Assembly (NCBI GenBank): GCA_902801685.1
Contig: CADCIZ010000003.1
Coordinates: 1 to 61,170, forward strand
DNA from: an uncultured Erysipelotrichaceae bacterium
Lineage (GTDB): Bacteria; Bacillota_I; Bacilli_A; RF39; UBA660
DNA: 61,170 nt
Direction of reading: 5' to 3'
The notes beneath the pieces were generated by a model that was given only the letters and a program-made list of their open reading frames with translations, made no database searches and was not told the origin of the DNA. Below are positions 36,823-47,766 of the stretch, piece after piece (within the stretch, counting starts at the first letter, position 1; each line of letters starts with the position of its first letter). Made by a program: the position numbers and the translations under genes.

Positions 36823-37698
36823 CTAGTCAGCAATCATTTTTTTATCATTATTATCATCTAGTAAATTATCATTTATATATCGACAACTTAAAGAATTACT
36901 ATCAGTTACAACAGTTCTTCCTAACTCCTTTTCTAAATTATCTTTAGTTATTTTTGCAATATTTCCCCCACGACGAGCAATAGTCTTATTCTGTTCAAGA
37001 CCCCTTGGCTTATGAACATTCGCAAGTTCTCTAGTAGCAAGTTCGCCTAAATCAGTTAACGCAACCTCAATATCAGTCATATTATCTCTAAGAGATTCTT
37101 TTCGAAGGCCTTTATAATTCTTATACTCTTTGGCAGTCATTCCAGACCACTGTTTATATATTTCATTAGTAAGAATTGCGTATTCTTTTCCTTCATTAAC
37201 TCCACAGTCTTTCCATACATCAGTTAATTTTTTTCTATCTTGAATCCCTTTCATTCTCTTTGAAATCCAAGACTCATCATAGCCTTTTGCTCTATATAAA
37301 TCTATTGCTCTTTTAGCAGCTCGTGATGGATCAAATACTTCATCAATCCTTTCACTGCCTAAATGAGCAAGCCACTGCTTAATAGGTTCAGCATTCTTGC
37401 TTGGAATTGACTCAATTATTCTAAACATACCTTCAATATCAACTACATCAGTCAAACGATACTTTCCATCTTGAGCTTTTAATTTCAACTGGTGACAATT
37501 TGTCACCGTTTCATTTCCCTCATCTTTAAGGCGTTGCTTTAACTTATTCCAATACTTTCTTCCATCTTTACTTTCAGATACAATTCCAACTATATCAACA
37601 ACACTTATATAGTATTTTTCTTCTTCTTTATCCCATACAGCTCTAATAGTATCATTATTAAATAACTTATTCACAATATACATCTTATCATTCATCAT
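36823..37698 (-). CDS. Bro-N domain protein (DinD / phage antirepressor-like)
   Basis: N-terminal F....IR.V.D.E...Y....DI..........YW..LK..L...G typical of Bro-N. The ATG at 37698 (MMNDKMY) is preferred over the ORF-track start. Confidence 0.75.
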   Translation of the reverse strand: MMNDKMYIVNKLFNNDTIRAVWDKEEEKYYISVVDIVGIVSESKDGRKYWNKLKQRLKDEGNETVTNCHQLKLKAQDGKYRLTDVVDIEGMFRIIESIPSKNAEPIKQWLAHLGSERIDEVFDPSRAAKRAIDLYRAKGYDESWISKRMKGIQDRKKLTDVWKDCGVNEGKEYAILTNEIYKQWSGMTAKEYKNYKGLRKESLRDNMTDIEVALTDLGELATRELANVHKPRGLEQNKTIARRGGNIAKITKDNLEKELGRTVVTDSNSLSCRYINDNLLDDNNDKKMIAD

Positions 37699-37855
37699 AT
37701 AATCATTCCTTTCTTTAATTTTGAGCAGATATATAAAAGATACTTTTTTTCTCTCTTGCACCGTTAGTATAACATACGTATATTCGCCTGTCAACGGTTT
37801 TCATTAAAAAATATCATTTTATTTATATACTTCATCACAAACAAAAAGAAGAAAA

Positions 37856-38593
37856 TTAATTCTTCAATTTTCTATCCTTCTTCTTAGATAATACCTTAGC
37901 CTTTTCTTCAAAGTAATCATGAACAATTTCAACATCTTCTTCAGAGTAGCAAAATAACACTTCTCTATCTAACTCTCCACTTTTATACATTTTTGTATAT
38001 TTTCTTTGATAATATCCAAATACTGATAATAAACTAACAAAACTATTGATTGAATTTATGTTAGTATCTTTTACCATCTTCAATTGATTATCATCATCTT
38101 TCTTATTTTTGTTGACAGTTTTATTATTATTAAGTTCTTTTAATTTTGTTTTTTCTCTTTCAAGTATTTTCTCAAGACCATATAATTTTGCTTCAACTCT
38201 TTTATAATGTTTTGAAGAAGAATACCTATTCACAAAACTAGCAACCGAATAAGACATTGTAGTCAAGGCTCCTATGGTACCTCCAACAAATTCTATAGCA
38301 ATTAATACCTTTGATGTGGAATACATACTCAAATTAATACTCATTATAGATGCAAATAATCCTAACAAAGAAATTATTGTAGGCATATATAGTTTTAGTT
38401 TATTAGAAGTTCCATATTTGTGATTTTCTTTTAAATAATTCTTTCTATCTATAATATCTTTTTCTATATTTTCAATCACATTTTCAGTTTCTAATATTTC
38501 TTCTATATTATCACTATAATCTATTTTTCTAATATTACCATTATCATCCATTACTTCTGCTTCTTTAAAGTTATGTGTATAAACGTTATTCAT
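37856..38593 (-). CDS. hypothetical membrane protein (two TM helices)
   Basis: ORF with TM helices LYMPTIISLLGLFASIMSI and VLIAIEFVGGTIGALTTM. Start ambiguous (38593 ATG or 38629 TTG). Confidence 0.55.
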   Translation of the reverse strand: MNNVYTHNFKEAEVMDDNGNIRKIDYSDNIEEILETENVIENIEKDIIDRKNYLKENHKYGTSNKLKLYMPTIISLLGLFASIMSINLSMYSTSKVLIAIEFVGGTIGALTTMSYSVASFVNRYSSSKHYKRVEAKLYGLEKILEREKTKLKELNNNKTVNKNKKDDDNQLKMVKDTNINSINSFVSLLSVFGYYQRKYTKMYKSGELDREVLFCYSEEDVEIVHDYFEEKAKVLSKKKDRKLKN

Positions 38594-38691
38594 ATAATTT
38601 CCCCAATCAATGGAATTATTATACAACAAAACTAATAAATATTCAATTATAAAATAGTAATTACTGGTAATAATAATCCTAGGTGATTAGC

Positions 38692-40152
38692 ATGAATTTA
38701 TATAAGAGTGTAGATAAGAATATTGAGTATATAAAAAATATTAATCATGAAAGCTGCGATATAGTATCTAGAGTAATTAATAATAACGGCAATAAAGTAG
38801 GTTATGTATATTTAGAAAGTGTAACTAGTGATGATAAAGTAAGTGAATTTTTAAATAAAAGTATTATTGGTAAAAATATAGATGAGTTTATTAGTTCAAT
38901 TGAGAACAATATCTATAATAGTCATATCAGTACTCTTAATACACTTGATGATGTATTTTATTATCTTGCATCGGGTTTTACAGTTATATTTATAGATAAT
39001 AATGATAAATGTATTACTGTTGAAACAAGGATGAGTTTAGATAGAGGAGTAAGTGAGGCAACAAGTGAACCTATAGTTAGAGGTCCTAAAGATAGTTTTA
39101 CAGAAAATCATGCTATTAATCTAGGTTTAATTAGAAAGAGAATTAAAGATAGTAACTTAATATTTGATGAAGTAATAGTAGGTAGGCGTACTAAAACAAA
39201 GGTAAGTATTGCTTATATAAAAGATATAACTAAGTTAAAAAATGTCATTAAAGTAATAGATAATATTAAAAAGATTGATATTGATGGAGTACTAGATAGT
39301 GGATATATAAGAGAGTTTTTACGTGATCAATCTAGCACTGTTTTTCCTGGTATGATTAGTACAGAACGTCCTGATCTAGCCTGTTCTTCTTTACTTGATG
39401 GCAAGATTGTAATTATTGTTGAAAATACTCCTTATGTATTAATATTACCTGGATTATTTGTTGATTACTTTCACTCACCAGAAGATAATTATGAGAAACC
39501 AATGAATGCAACTTTCTTAAGATTACTTAGAATGTTATGTTTCTTTATAACGATAAGTGTGCCTGCCTTATATGTTGCACTTATGACTTTCAATCCAGAA
39601 ATAATACCTGATGAATTATTAATATCTCTTGCTTTGCAAAGAGATGGAGTTCCTTTTCCAACTGCTATAGAGGTATTAGTATTTGTAATTGTTTTTGAAA
39701 TACTTAGGCAAGCTGATGTGCACTCACCAACAGTATCAGGTTCTGCAATGAATATAGTAGGAGCACTAATCCTTGGGGATGCTGCAGTTAATGCTGGAAT
39801 AGTATCTCCTATTGCAATAATAATAGTGGCTATAACTTCAATTTGTGAATTAGTATTCTATGATGTAGATATGATTAATGCTGTTAGATTCTGGCGTATT
39901 ATCTTTATATTTGCATCCCTTTTCTTAGGAATAATAGGTTTTGTATCTTGTATGTTTATCTTTATAACTAAATTATCAAGTATTGTTACATTTGATATAC
40001 CTTACTTAACTCCAATCAGTCCTCTATCTATTACTGGTATTAAAAACTATCTACTAAGAATAAAAAGAAACAAATTATATAATCGTCCTAAATACTTATC
40101 TGATAATACAAGAAAGATGGTGAATCATGAAGAGATTAATCTTACTAATTAG
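38692..40152 (+). CDS. spore germination receptor subunit A (GerA/GerKA family)
   Basis: Soluble N-domain plus C-terminal membrane domain with the characteristic ...TERPD.....L..G...I...N.P..L..P motif. Confidence 0.9.
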   Translation: MNLYKSVDKNIEYIKNINHESCDIVSRVINNNGNKVGYVYLESVTSDDKVSEFLNKSIIGKNIDEFISSIENNIYNSHISTLNTLDDVFYYLASGFTVIFIDNNDKCITVETRMSLDRGVSEATSEPIVRGPKDSFTENHAINLGLIRKRIKDSNLIFDEVIVGRRTKTKVSIAYIKDITKLKNVIKVIDNIKKIDIDGVLDSGYIREFLRDQSSTVFPGMISTERPDLACSSLLDGKIVIIVENTPYVLILPGLFVDYFHSPEDNYEKPMNATFLRLLRMLCFFITISVPALYVALMTFNPEIIPDELLISLALQRDGVPFPTAIEVLVFVIVFEILRQADVHSPTVSGSAMNIVGALILGDAAVNAGIVSPIAIIIVAITSICELVFYDVDMINAVRFWRIIFIFASLFLGIIGFVSCMFIFITKLSSIVTFDIPYLTPISPLSITGIKNYLLRIKRNKLYNRPKYLSDNTRKMVNHEEINLTN

Positions 40153-41302
40153 TTTAATTATAATATGTAGTGGATGTTTTAATTATAATGAGCTAAATAA
40201 TTATGCGATCGCAACAGGAATGGCTATAGATATTAGTAATAATGAATATGAAGTTAGTGTTTTAATATCTAATTCTCCTAAATCTAGTAATCAAGCAAGT
40301 GGTAAAAATTACACAACAGTTGTGTATAGTGGTAAAGGTAAAACTATTTATGAAGCAATTAAACAAATAGGATTAATATCTCCTAAAGAATTATATATAG
40401 GGCACCTATCTGTACTTATATTATCTGAAGATGTTGCTAAAGAAGGAATAAATCCTAGTATTGAATTTCTATTACAAGAACCTCGTTCTAAGAAAAACTT
40501 CTATGTTGCAATCTCTAAAGATAGCAAAGCAAAAGATGTATTATCAGTAACATCACCTTTAACAGATTTTCCATCACAAAATCTAGCTACTAATTTAAAA
40601 ACTACAACTAACTTACAAGGAAGTGTGAATGCAACAGACTTTAATACTCTTTTATATAAATTAGTTAATATTGGTATTGATTTATCTTTAAATGGTTTTA
40701 GTATTGTAGGTGATACTAAGAACGGAGTTAAGAATAGTAATATAGAAACGAATGTACCTAAAGCATATATTAAATTATCTCCACTTGCAATATTTAAAGA
40801 TGATAAATTAGTTAGTTGGACTACTAAAAATGAAAGTAGAGGTATTAACATCATTAATGATAAGATAAAAGAAATATATTTAAGGTTAGACTGTGATGGT
40901 GGTGATATTGTTGTTGATACTGAAGACCTAGAAACTAAAAAGACAATAGATAAGAATGGTAATATTACTCTTAAGACTAGTGGTAAAGCATCTATTAGTG
41001 AGATTTCTTGTGATATAGATTTAACTAAACAAAGTAATATTAATAAACTAGAAAAAAAGATTGAAAATAAAATAATAGAGTTAGAAAAAAGTGCAATTAA
41101 ATTAAGTAAGAGATATTCAACTGATATATTTGGGATAGGACTTATGTATTATCAAGATTATCCTGATAAATATTCTAAGATTAAAGATTATGATAAATTT
41201 TATAACAACATTAAATTCAAGACTAAAGTAGATATAAAACTTAATACACTAGGTTCTATTAAACAAACTCTAGAAAGGATAGAAAATGAAGAAGATTACT
41301 AA
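40127..41302 (+). CDS. spore germination receptor subunit C lipoprotein (Ger(x)C family)
   Basis: Lipobox LIIICSG|C. Family-typical CFNYNELN.YAI..GMAID start. Confidence 0.88.
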   Translation: MKRLILLISLIIICSGCFNYNELNNYAIATGMAIDISNNEYEVSVLISNSPKSSNQASGKNYTTVVYSGKGKTIYEAIKQIGLISPKELYIGHLSVLILSEDVAKEGINPSIEFLLQEPRSKKNFYVAISKDSKAKDVLSVTSPLTDFPSQNLATNLKTTTNLQGSVNATDFNTLLYKLVNIGIDLSLNGFSIVGDTKNGVKNSNIETNVPKAYIKLSPLAIFKDDKLVSWTTKNESRGINIINDKIKEIYLRLDCDGGDIVVDTEDLETKKTIDKNGNITLKTSGKASISEISCDIDLTKQSNINKLEKKIENKIIELEKSAIKLSKRYSTDIFGIGLMYYQDYPDKYSKIKDYDKFYNNIKFKTKVDIKLNTLGSIKQTLERIENEEDY

Positions 41303-42395
41303 CTTACAAATGGGTTCTATTATATACTTTTTAATGCATGCATACTTTATTGGTATTACTTTTAATTCCCTTACAACTATCTTAAGACAAGACTCTTATT
41401 TAGGGATTATACTAGGTTCTATTATAGGCTTAATACCTCTACTAATATACTTATATATATTTAATTATGAACCTAGATTAAATCTTAATGAAAAGAATAT
41501 TAAGTTGTTTGGTAAATATATAGGTAATATTATAAATATTATTATAAGTATATTTACTTTACTTATTATTACTATCTCATTTAGTAATCTAGTTACTATA
41601 ATACATTCTGATTACTTAAGTAAAACACCAATAATACTAGTTATTATTACCTTCTTAATACCTATATATTATTCAGTATATACTGGATTAAAATCTATAT
41701 GTAGAGCATCTTTAATATTTGTATATATTACTATTATATTAGTAATTATTTCTAATCTAGGATTATTAATACAGATAGATATAAATAATTTTAAACCATT
41801 CTTTTATAATAATAACAATCTATTTAATGGAAGTATTTACTTTGTTATTTATAACATTACTCCTTTATATTTAATTAACATTATACCTAAAAATGATATA
41901 GTTAATAATAACAAGACTAATAAGTATATAATAATATTTTATTTCTTATCTATATTATCATTACTTGCAGTAACACTTAATATTATAGGTATCTTTGGTA
42001 TTAAACTAACATCTTTATATCAGTATCCAGAATTTCAAATATTAAAACATGTATCTATTATAGGAATATCATCTAGAATAGATAGTATATTATTTATACA
42101 GTGGATATTTGATATATTAATATTTGTAATAATAGGACTATATTATGTAGTATCAACATCACACTCTTTATTACATGAAAAAAACAATATATTTCTTACA
42201 ATATATTGTATATTAATACTATCCCTTACACTAATAGTACCTAATGATTTATTTATTAATATTTTATCACTTAAATTACTACCACCTATAATAATATCAT
42301 TCACATTAATTATATTTATATTAATGTTTATTAAAATTAATTATACTAGACAAGTATCCCATAAAGTAAAGAGCACAGATAATACCAGCAACTAA
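41286..42395 (+). CDS. spore germination receptor subunit B (GerAB/APC-type permease)
   Basis: 369 aa with about 10 TM helices. N-terminal KIT..Q......L motif. Confidence 0.85.
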   Translation: MKKITNLQMGSIIYFLMHAYFIGITFNSLTTILRQDSYLGIILGSIIGLIPLLIYLYIFNYEPRLNLNEKNIKLFGKYIGNIINIIISIFTLLIITISFSNLVTIIHSDYLSKTPIILVIITFLIPIYYSVYTGLKSICRASLIFVYITIILVIISNLGLLIQIDINNFKPFFYNNNNLFNGSIYFVIYNITPLYLINIIPKNDIVNNNKTNKYIIIFYFLSILSLLAVTLNIIGIFGIKLTSLYQYPEFQILKHVSIIGISSRIDSILFIQWIFDILIFVIIGLYYVVSTSHSLLHEKNNIFLTIYCILILSLTLIVPNDLFINILSLKLLPPIIISFTLIIFILMFIKINYTRQVSHKVKSTDNTSN

Positions 42396-43163
42396 CAAAC
42401 AGATAATTATTGCGATAATTATTTTTTTCTTTTTACCCTTCTTTTTCGCAAGTAATTCATCAAAGTCTGCATCATCAAAATCAAATGTATTAGTAAAGAA
42501 TGATTTATCTAACTCTTTAGTATCATCCCTCTTCTCTTCTACTTTATCTTGTTCAATTACTTTCTTTATAGACGAATCTCCTACCATAGTATCAGACTTT
42601 AAAGAATCAAGTAATAAAGCATCATCCCCTATTTTATTTAAATTACTAGTATTATGAATAGATTTAATCATATCCTTAAGTTCTAACTCACTATTCTTAT
42701 ATTCCTTCTTACGTAAATTTAAACTATTCAAATCAGTATACTCTAAGTTCTTTAAATTTCTATTCTTACTATCAGACTCAGTATAATCATCCATTGCTTT
42801 ATTTAAGACATCCGATAAATCATAGTTCTTAACTTCTTCCTTAGTATCTTCAACATCAATCTTCTCGGGTTTTACATCCATAATATCATAAGAATCAACA
42901 CTATCATTCTTAGATGGAATATCTATATTAAGACTACTTTTTCCAATACTCTCTCGTAACTTGCGCTCCTTTTTAAAAGCCTCCCTATCACTTACAATAT
43001 TCTTAATTTTAGATAAATCAATCTCATTAGCCCTACTTACAGAATTAATAGAATCAATTCCTCTAGATTCATTATGAACCCTTTTATATAAATCCTTATT
43101 CTTCCTACTTCTTTCCATACCAGTATTACCACTCTTATAATACCTATCCATTCTACTTGCCAT
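42321..43163 (-). CDS. hypothetical tail-anchored membrane protein
   Basis: 280 aa. Charged, low-complexity cytoplasmic part with a C-terminal TM helix (IIIAIIICLLVAGIICALYFMGYL). The 3' end overlaps the gerAB 3' end by 75 nt. Confidence 0.6.
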   Translation of the reverse strand: MASRMDRYYKSGNTGMERSRKNKDLYKRVHNESRGIDSINSVSRANEIDLSKIKNIVSDREAFKKERKLRESIGKSSLNIDIPSKNDSVDSYDIMDVKPEKIDVEDTKEEVKNYDLSDVLNKAMDDYTESDSKNRNLKNLEYTDLNSLNLRKKEYKNSELELKDMIKSIHNTSNLNKIGDDALLLDSLKSDTMVGDSSIKKVIEQDKVEEKRDDTKELDKSFFTNTFDFDDADFDELLAKKKGKKKKIIIAIIICLLVAGIICALYFMGYLSSIINFNKH

Positions 43164-43231
43164 ACCATCACCTTAATTCTTACAACTAATATACCATAAA
43201 TTATTATTTTTTGAAAGTACCATGTGAAAAG

Positions 43232-44504
43232 AAACAGGATAAAATCATCCGCCTAGGAAAAATCGACATAGTATAATTATTTGTGACAAGAATATTGAAA
43301 ATTTATTTATATAAAGTTTTCAATATTTTTTCTATTTCATATTCGTAATCCATTGCAATACTAAATCTAATATCATTCATGCTAAGCTTTGTATTCTTCT
43401 TAAAAGCTTTTAACATAGATAAGCAAAACTTTCTTATTATATTAAGATTCTTCTGTGTATTTTCAACAAAGCAAGTATTTTTATCCTCTTGAAATACTGT
43501 ATCTAAGTAAAAATGTAATTCATTTTCAATACTCCATTCTTTTCTTATTCCACAGCTTAGTATTTCAATTTCCTTAGAATCAATATTTGATATAAAATAC
43601 CTCGTATCTGTTATTGTCTCATTGTTATCTACATAAGTTCTTTTTGCAATTCCAATTGATTTTAGCTTAAGCCATTTTTCTTTGTTAGGTAACCAATCTA
43701 TATCATTTGTGAAAATATATTCTCTTTTTTCAACTATTCCATGTGCTTTTTTACAACCATTTTATAACTTTCCTGCTTCGCTTCATTATATAACTTACTA
43801 TCAGAAAAATATTCTATAAGATTATTCTCTAATGTTTCTTGATTACCTTTTACGGGAGCAATATAGTATCCTCCATTTTTAGCAATATAATCGATAGTTT
43901 CTTTTTGAATACTTAGAGCATCAAAAGTAACTAAATTATTTTTTACATTAACCCTTTTAAGTAATTCAGGCCCGGTTGGTATTTCATTTGTTTTATCACC
44001 AATAAATTCAGTAGCTTCACAATTACCATTTTTTGATGATTTTCTATCAGAAGAATTTGCTGTTTTACCATCCATAGGCTTAATATCTTCAATTATTAAA
44101 TTATCACTTTTATATAATGGTTCATTATTCTTTAAAAATTTTCTCATTACACTTACACATAAACAAATGGATTTCTGTAAATCTATTACAATTTGCAATC
44201 ATAGCAAAAATTAATGTAAGAATAATACTTTCTAAAGAATACGTTATATGTTCTTCATCTCTTTTATCCACTACATAAATTGTAGTAGTTTCAATTTCAT
44301 ACACAAATTCACAACTAATATTAACACTTTCTATTTCGTTTTCATTAATTATATATTCATCAGTAATCACATTTGATAAACTATCAAGTACTTTAGATTT
44401 TCTAGCCATAAAAAACAATCCTTCCCTCAGTTTATTTCATGATACTAAAAAAAGGATTTTTTAGCAACATCCTCATTTTCACTAGGCGGATGATTTTATC
44501 CTGT
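43232..44504 (-). mobile_element. ISAs1-family insertion sequence (decayed)
   Basis: Perfect 23-bp terminal inverted repeats (43232..43254 ACAGGATAAAATCATCCGCCTAG vs 44482..44504). 1273 bp. No target-site duplication recognised. Confidence 0.85.
43313..44409 (-). pseudogene. ISAs1-family transposase split into three frames
   Basis: Three fragments: the N-terminal DDE_Tnp_1_assoc-like part (44125..44409), a middle part (43734..44198, ..VTFDALSIQKETIDYI...G.YY...VKGNQ), and a C-terminal part (43313..~43735, ..IRKEWSIENELHFYLDTVFQEDK..), each in a different frame. Confidence 0.8.
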
Positions 44505-44557
44505 GATTTTTATTGATTTTTTTTTATAAGTCATTTATAATTGTTCTAGGAGGTACT

Positions 44558-44752
44558 ATGAAAGTTAAAGTTGATAGAAATACTTGTATCGGATGTGGGG
44601 CATGTCAAGCAATTTGCAGTGATGTATTTGAATATGGTGATGATGGAATTATGGATGTAAAAGTTGATGTAGTTCCAGATGAATTTACTGATGATGTAAT
44701 GGATGCTAAAGATGGATGTCCTGTAGATGCTATTAAAATAGAAGAAAACTAA
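44558..44752 (+). CDS. small single-cluster ferredoxin
   Basis: 64 aa. CIGCGAC..IC ... CP motif. The ATG at 44558 follows AGGAGG. Confidence 0.85.
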   Translation: MKVKVDRNTCIGCGACQAICSDVFEYGDDGIMDVKVDVVPDEFTDDVMDAKDGCPVDAIKIEEN

Positions 44753-44826
44753 TTCGCACTTGAATTAGTTTTTGTTTTATACATTTGTTTTACATAATTA
44801 TCATTAATTTTCGATATTATTACCTT

Positions 44827-45546
44827 TTAATTATTCTTTGCCTCGTTATATAATCTCTTTACTTCGTGGATTGATAACAATCTATAATCACCTGAAGATA
44901 ATCCTTCTACTGTTAAAAATGATATGCGCTCTCTTTTAAGCTTAATAACACTATATCCTAATGCTTTAAACATATTCTTAACTTGATGATTACGTCCTTC
45001 ATGGATTGTTAATTCAACTATTGATGTATTACTCTTTTTATCTGCTTTTAATATTTTGGCTTTGCTTTTTGATGTTTTCTTACCATCTATAACTACACCA
45101 TTTTCTAATGTCCTAATATTTCCTTTAGTAATTAATCCTTCTATTTTAGCAATATATACTTTATCTATATTATTTTTAGGATGAGTAAGAAGATTTGCAA
45201 GTTCTCCATCATTAGTAAGTATTAAAAGCCCTGTTGTATCATAATCAAGTCTACCTACTGGATAAATTCTAGCGTTTGTATCTATTAAATATATTACTGT
45301 TTTTCTACCTTTATCATCAGTTGTACTTGTAATAATTCCACGAGGTTTATTTAAAAGATAATATACTTTATCCTGTTTTTCACTTATTGCATTTCCTTCT
45401 ACTTCTATATAATCATTACCACTTACTTTATGTCCCAAAGAAATAGTTTCACCATTAACACTAACTAGTCCTTTTTTTATTAATTCTTCTGCTTTTCTTC
45501 TTGAACAATAGCCTGAAGCCGCAATTACTTTTTGTACTCTTTCCAT
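44827..45546 (-). CDS. rluB: 23S rRNA pseudouridine synthase, RsuA/RluB family
   Basis: S4 domain (R.QK.IA..G..SRR.AE.LI..G.V.VNG) and GRLD.DT.GLL.LTNDG. Confidence 0.88.
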   Translation of the reverse strand: MERVQKVIAASGYCSRRKAEELIKKGLVSVNGETISLGHKVSGNDYIEVEGNAISEKQDKVYYLLNKPRGIITSTTDDKGRKTVIYLIDTNARIYPVGRLDYDTTGLLILTNDGELANLLTHPKNNIDKVYIAKIEGLITKGNIRTLENGVVIDGKKTSKSKAKILKADKKSNTSIVELTIHEGRNHQVKNMFKALGYSVIKLKRERISFLTVEGLSSGDYRLLSIHEVKRLYNEAKNN

Positions 45547-45587
45547 CTGCATCACCAAGAAGATTATACATTAAAATGTAAATAGTG

Positions 45588-46139
45588 TCAAAACAGAATA
45601 TTAGTTATTATAATGCTAGCAATTATACCTATTAAATCTGCACATAAACCTGCCCAAAGAGCATATCTTATTTTTTTTATTCCAACACTACCGAAATATA
45701 GGGTTATTACATAAAGAGTAGTATCAGTAGAACCCTGCATAACAGATGCGAGCAATCCAACAAAAGAATCCGGTCCGTGGTTATCATAAATACTATTTAA
45801 TATAGCAAGTGATGCACTACCAGAAATTGGCCTAATGGCTGCAAGTGGAAGTATTTCTAAAGGTATATTTAGCGTACTAAATATAGGTTTAAATAAACCC
45901 AAAACAAATGATAAAAAACCACTATTAATAAGTATATTAACACCTAGTATCATAGCTAAGAATGTAGGAAACAGGCTCATAATCATACCTACTGAATCTT
46001 TAGAACCTTCTAAAAATGTATCATAAACTGGTACTTTTTTTCTTATTCCATAAATTATTATAAATAATACTATTAAAGGAATTATTAAATTAGATATATA
46101 TTTAATGATGATACCACTTTGTAAATAGTTTATCCACAA
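45588..46139 (-). CDS. spmB: spore maturation protein B
   Basis: Nucleoside-recognition (Gate) membrane protein directly after spmA, in the conserved dacB-spmA-spmB arrangement. Confidence 0.8.
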   Translation of the reverse strand: MWINYLQSGIIIKYISNLIIPLIVLFIIIYGIRKKVPVYDTFLEGSKDSVGMIMSLFPTFLAMILGVNILINSGFLSFVLGLFKPIFSTLNIPLEILPLAAIRPISGSASLAILNSIYDNHGPDSFVGLLASVMQGSTDTTLYVITLYFGSVGIKKIRYALWAGLCADLIGIIASIIITNILF

Positions 46140-46692
46140 ATATTCCTCCTATTGTTGAACAAGCAGTTCCTATAATACAGGCTAAAAGTATACTAGTAGG
46201 ATTTATACTATGATACATCATACGCATTGATATTATAGTTGTTGGAACTAATGTTACTCCACTAGTATTAATAATTAGAAATGTAATCATAGAACGACTA
46301 GCTGTATCTTTCTTTTTGTTTAGTTTTTGAAGTGAATCCATTGCTTTTAAGCCAAAAGGGGTAGCCGCACTACCTAATCCAAATACATTGGCAATAATAT
46401 TGCTTGCTATATAACTTAATGATTCATGCCCTCTAGGCACCTCTGGAAATAACTTGGTTAGTACTGGTGATATAAAATTAGAAAACTTATCTAATAATTT
46501 AGATTTTTCTGCAATATTCATAAGGCCCATCCAAAGAGCAAGTACAGGAAATATTTGCATAATCATATCAAGGCTAGTTTTAGAGCTTTCCATAATAGTA
46601 TTATTAACTACATCAACATTATTAGTAAATATAGCATATATTATTCCACAGGCTATAAATAATGTCCAAATTATATTTACCATAGATGCCAC
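46102..46692 (-). CDS. spmA: spore maturation protein A
   Basis: MVNIIW... N-terminus and Gate-domain membrane protein downstream of dacB. The start may be 46683. Confidence 0.8.
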   Translation of the reverse strand: MASMVNIIWTLFIACGIIYAIFTNNVDVVNNTIMESSKTSLDMIMQIFPVLALWMGLMNIAEKSKLLDKFSNFISPVLTKLFPEVPRGHESLSYIASNIIANVFGLGSAATPFGLKAMDSLQKLNKKKDTASRSMITFLIINTSGVTLVPTTIISMRMMYHSINPTSILLACIIGTACSTIGGIFVDKLFTKWYHH

Positions 46693-47729
46693 TTCTTCTT
46701 ATTTTTTGCTTTAGCTTTAACATATATTGGTTCACTATATATCAATTTATCCCCAAGATTAACTAATACACTACCTACTTCTTGTCTATCTCTTACATTT
46801 CTTATCTTTTTAATTTTATATTTGATATTAACAGATTCTTTCTCACTATCATCTAAAATGTATTTAAAAGATTTTTTTATATATAGATTATAATCTTTAT
46901 AATAATTCTCATCATAGATATTAATAGTTCCTTTTTTTAATATTGTATAACTTTTATAATTATCAAATCCATAATCAAATAAATTCATGTGATCTTTAAA
47001 ATCATTGCCATCGTTAAGCGTTACCACAACAAGATTTGTATTATCTTTAGATGCAGTTGTAACTAGTGTTCTTTTCGCAATTTTAGTAAATCCTGTTTTT
47101 CCACCTGTTGTATATTTATATAATCTAAGCAATTTATGCTTATTATGCCATATATAAGTATTTTTATTTGTTTCCAACTTATACTCTTTTGTTTTAACTA
47201 TATCTTTATATTCTTTTAATTTCATTGCATAACTAGTTAATATTGCCATATCATAAGCAGTAGAATAGTTACCTTTTTCTTCATCAAGGCCACTAGGATT
47301 ATTAAACTTAGTATTCTTCATACCTATTTCTTTAGCCTTATGATTCATCATTGTAACAAAGTTATCAACATCCCCGCCTACAAAGTCGGCAATGGCAAGA
47401 GCTGCATCATTCCCACTTCTAAGCATTAGTCCATATACTAAATCTCTTAACTTCATTTTTTCACCTATTTTAATATACACTGCAGAACCATATGCTTTAT
47501 TAATAGAGCTATTTATTTTAACCTCTTTATCTAGCTTACCTGACTCGACTGCTAGTACTGCCGTCATTATCTTAGATATACTTGCAACAGACCTTACTTC
47601 ATGAATATTCTTAGAATATATTATTCTATTATTATCTGTATCCATTAGTATTGCAGAAGTTGCAGAAGAACTTATACCTTTTATGATAAAGGGAATAAAT
47701 AGAATTATTATTAGTATTACTTTTTTCAT
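46677..47729 (-). CDS. dacB: D-alanyl-D-alanine carboxypeptidase (PBP5*-like)
   Basis: Signal peptide, SISK (SxxK), SGN and KTG motifs. Confidence 0.88.
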   Translation of the reverse strand: MKKVILIIILFIPFIIKGISSSATSAILMDTDNNRIIYSKNIHEVRSVASISKIMTAVLAVESGKLDKEVKINSSINKAYGSAVYIKIGEKMKLRDLVYGLMLRSGNDAALAIADFVGGDVDNFVTMMNHKAKEIGMKNTKFNNPSGLDEEKGNYSTAYDMAILTSYAMKLKEYKDIVKTKEYKLETNKNTYIWHNKHKLLRLYKYTTGGKTGFTKIAKRTLVTTASKDNTNLVVVTLNDGNDFKDHMNLFDYGFDNYKSYTILKKGTINIYDENYYKDYNLYIKKSFKYILDDSEKESVNIKYKIKKIRNVRDRQEVGSVLVNLGDKLIYSEPIYVKAKAKNKKKWHLW

Positions 47730-47766
47730 ATTTCACCTATAAAATTGTATGAAAAAAAGGTACTTA

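Noticed and set aside
43222-44515. Looked for a target-site duplication flanking the ISAs1 element.
   Set aside because: The flanks (..GTGAAAAGAA | IS | GATTTTTATT..) share no direct repeat, so no claim is made about a recent insertion.
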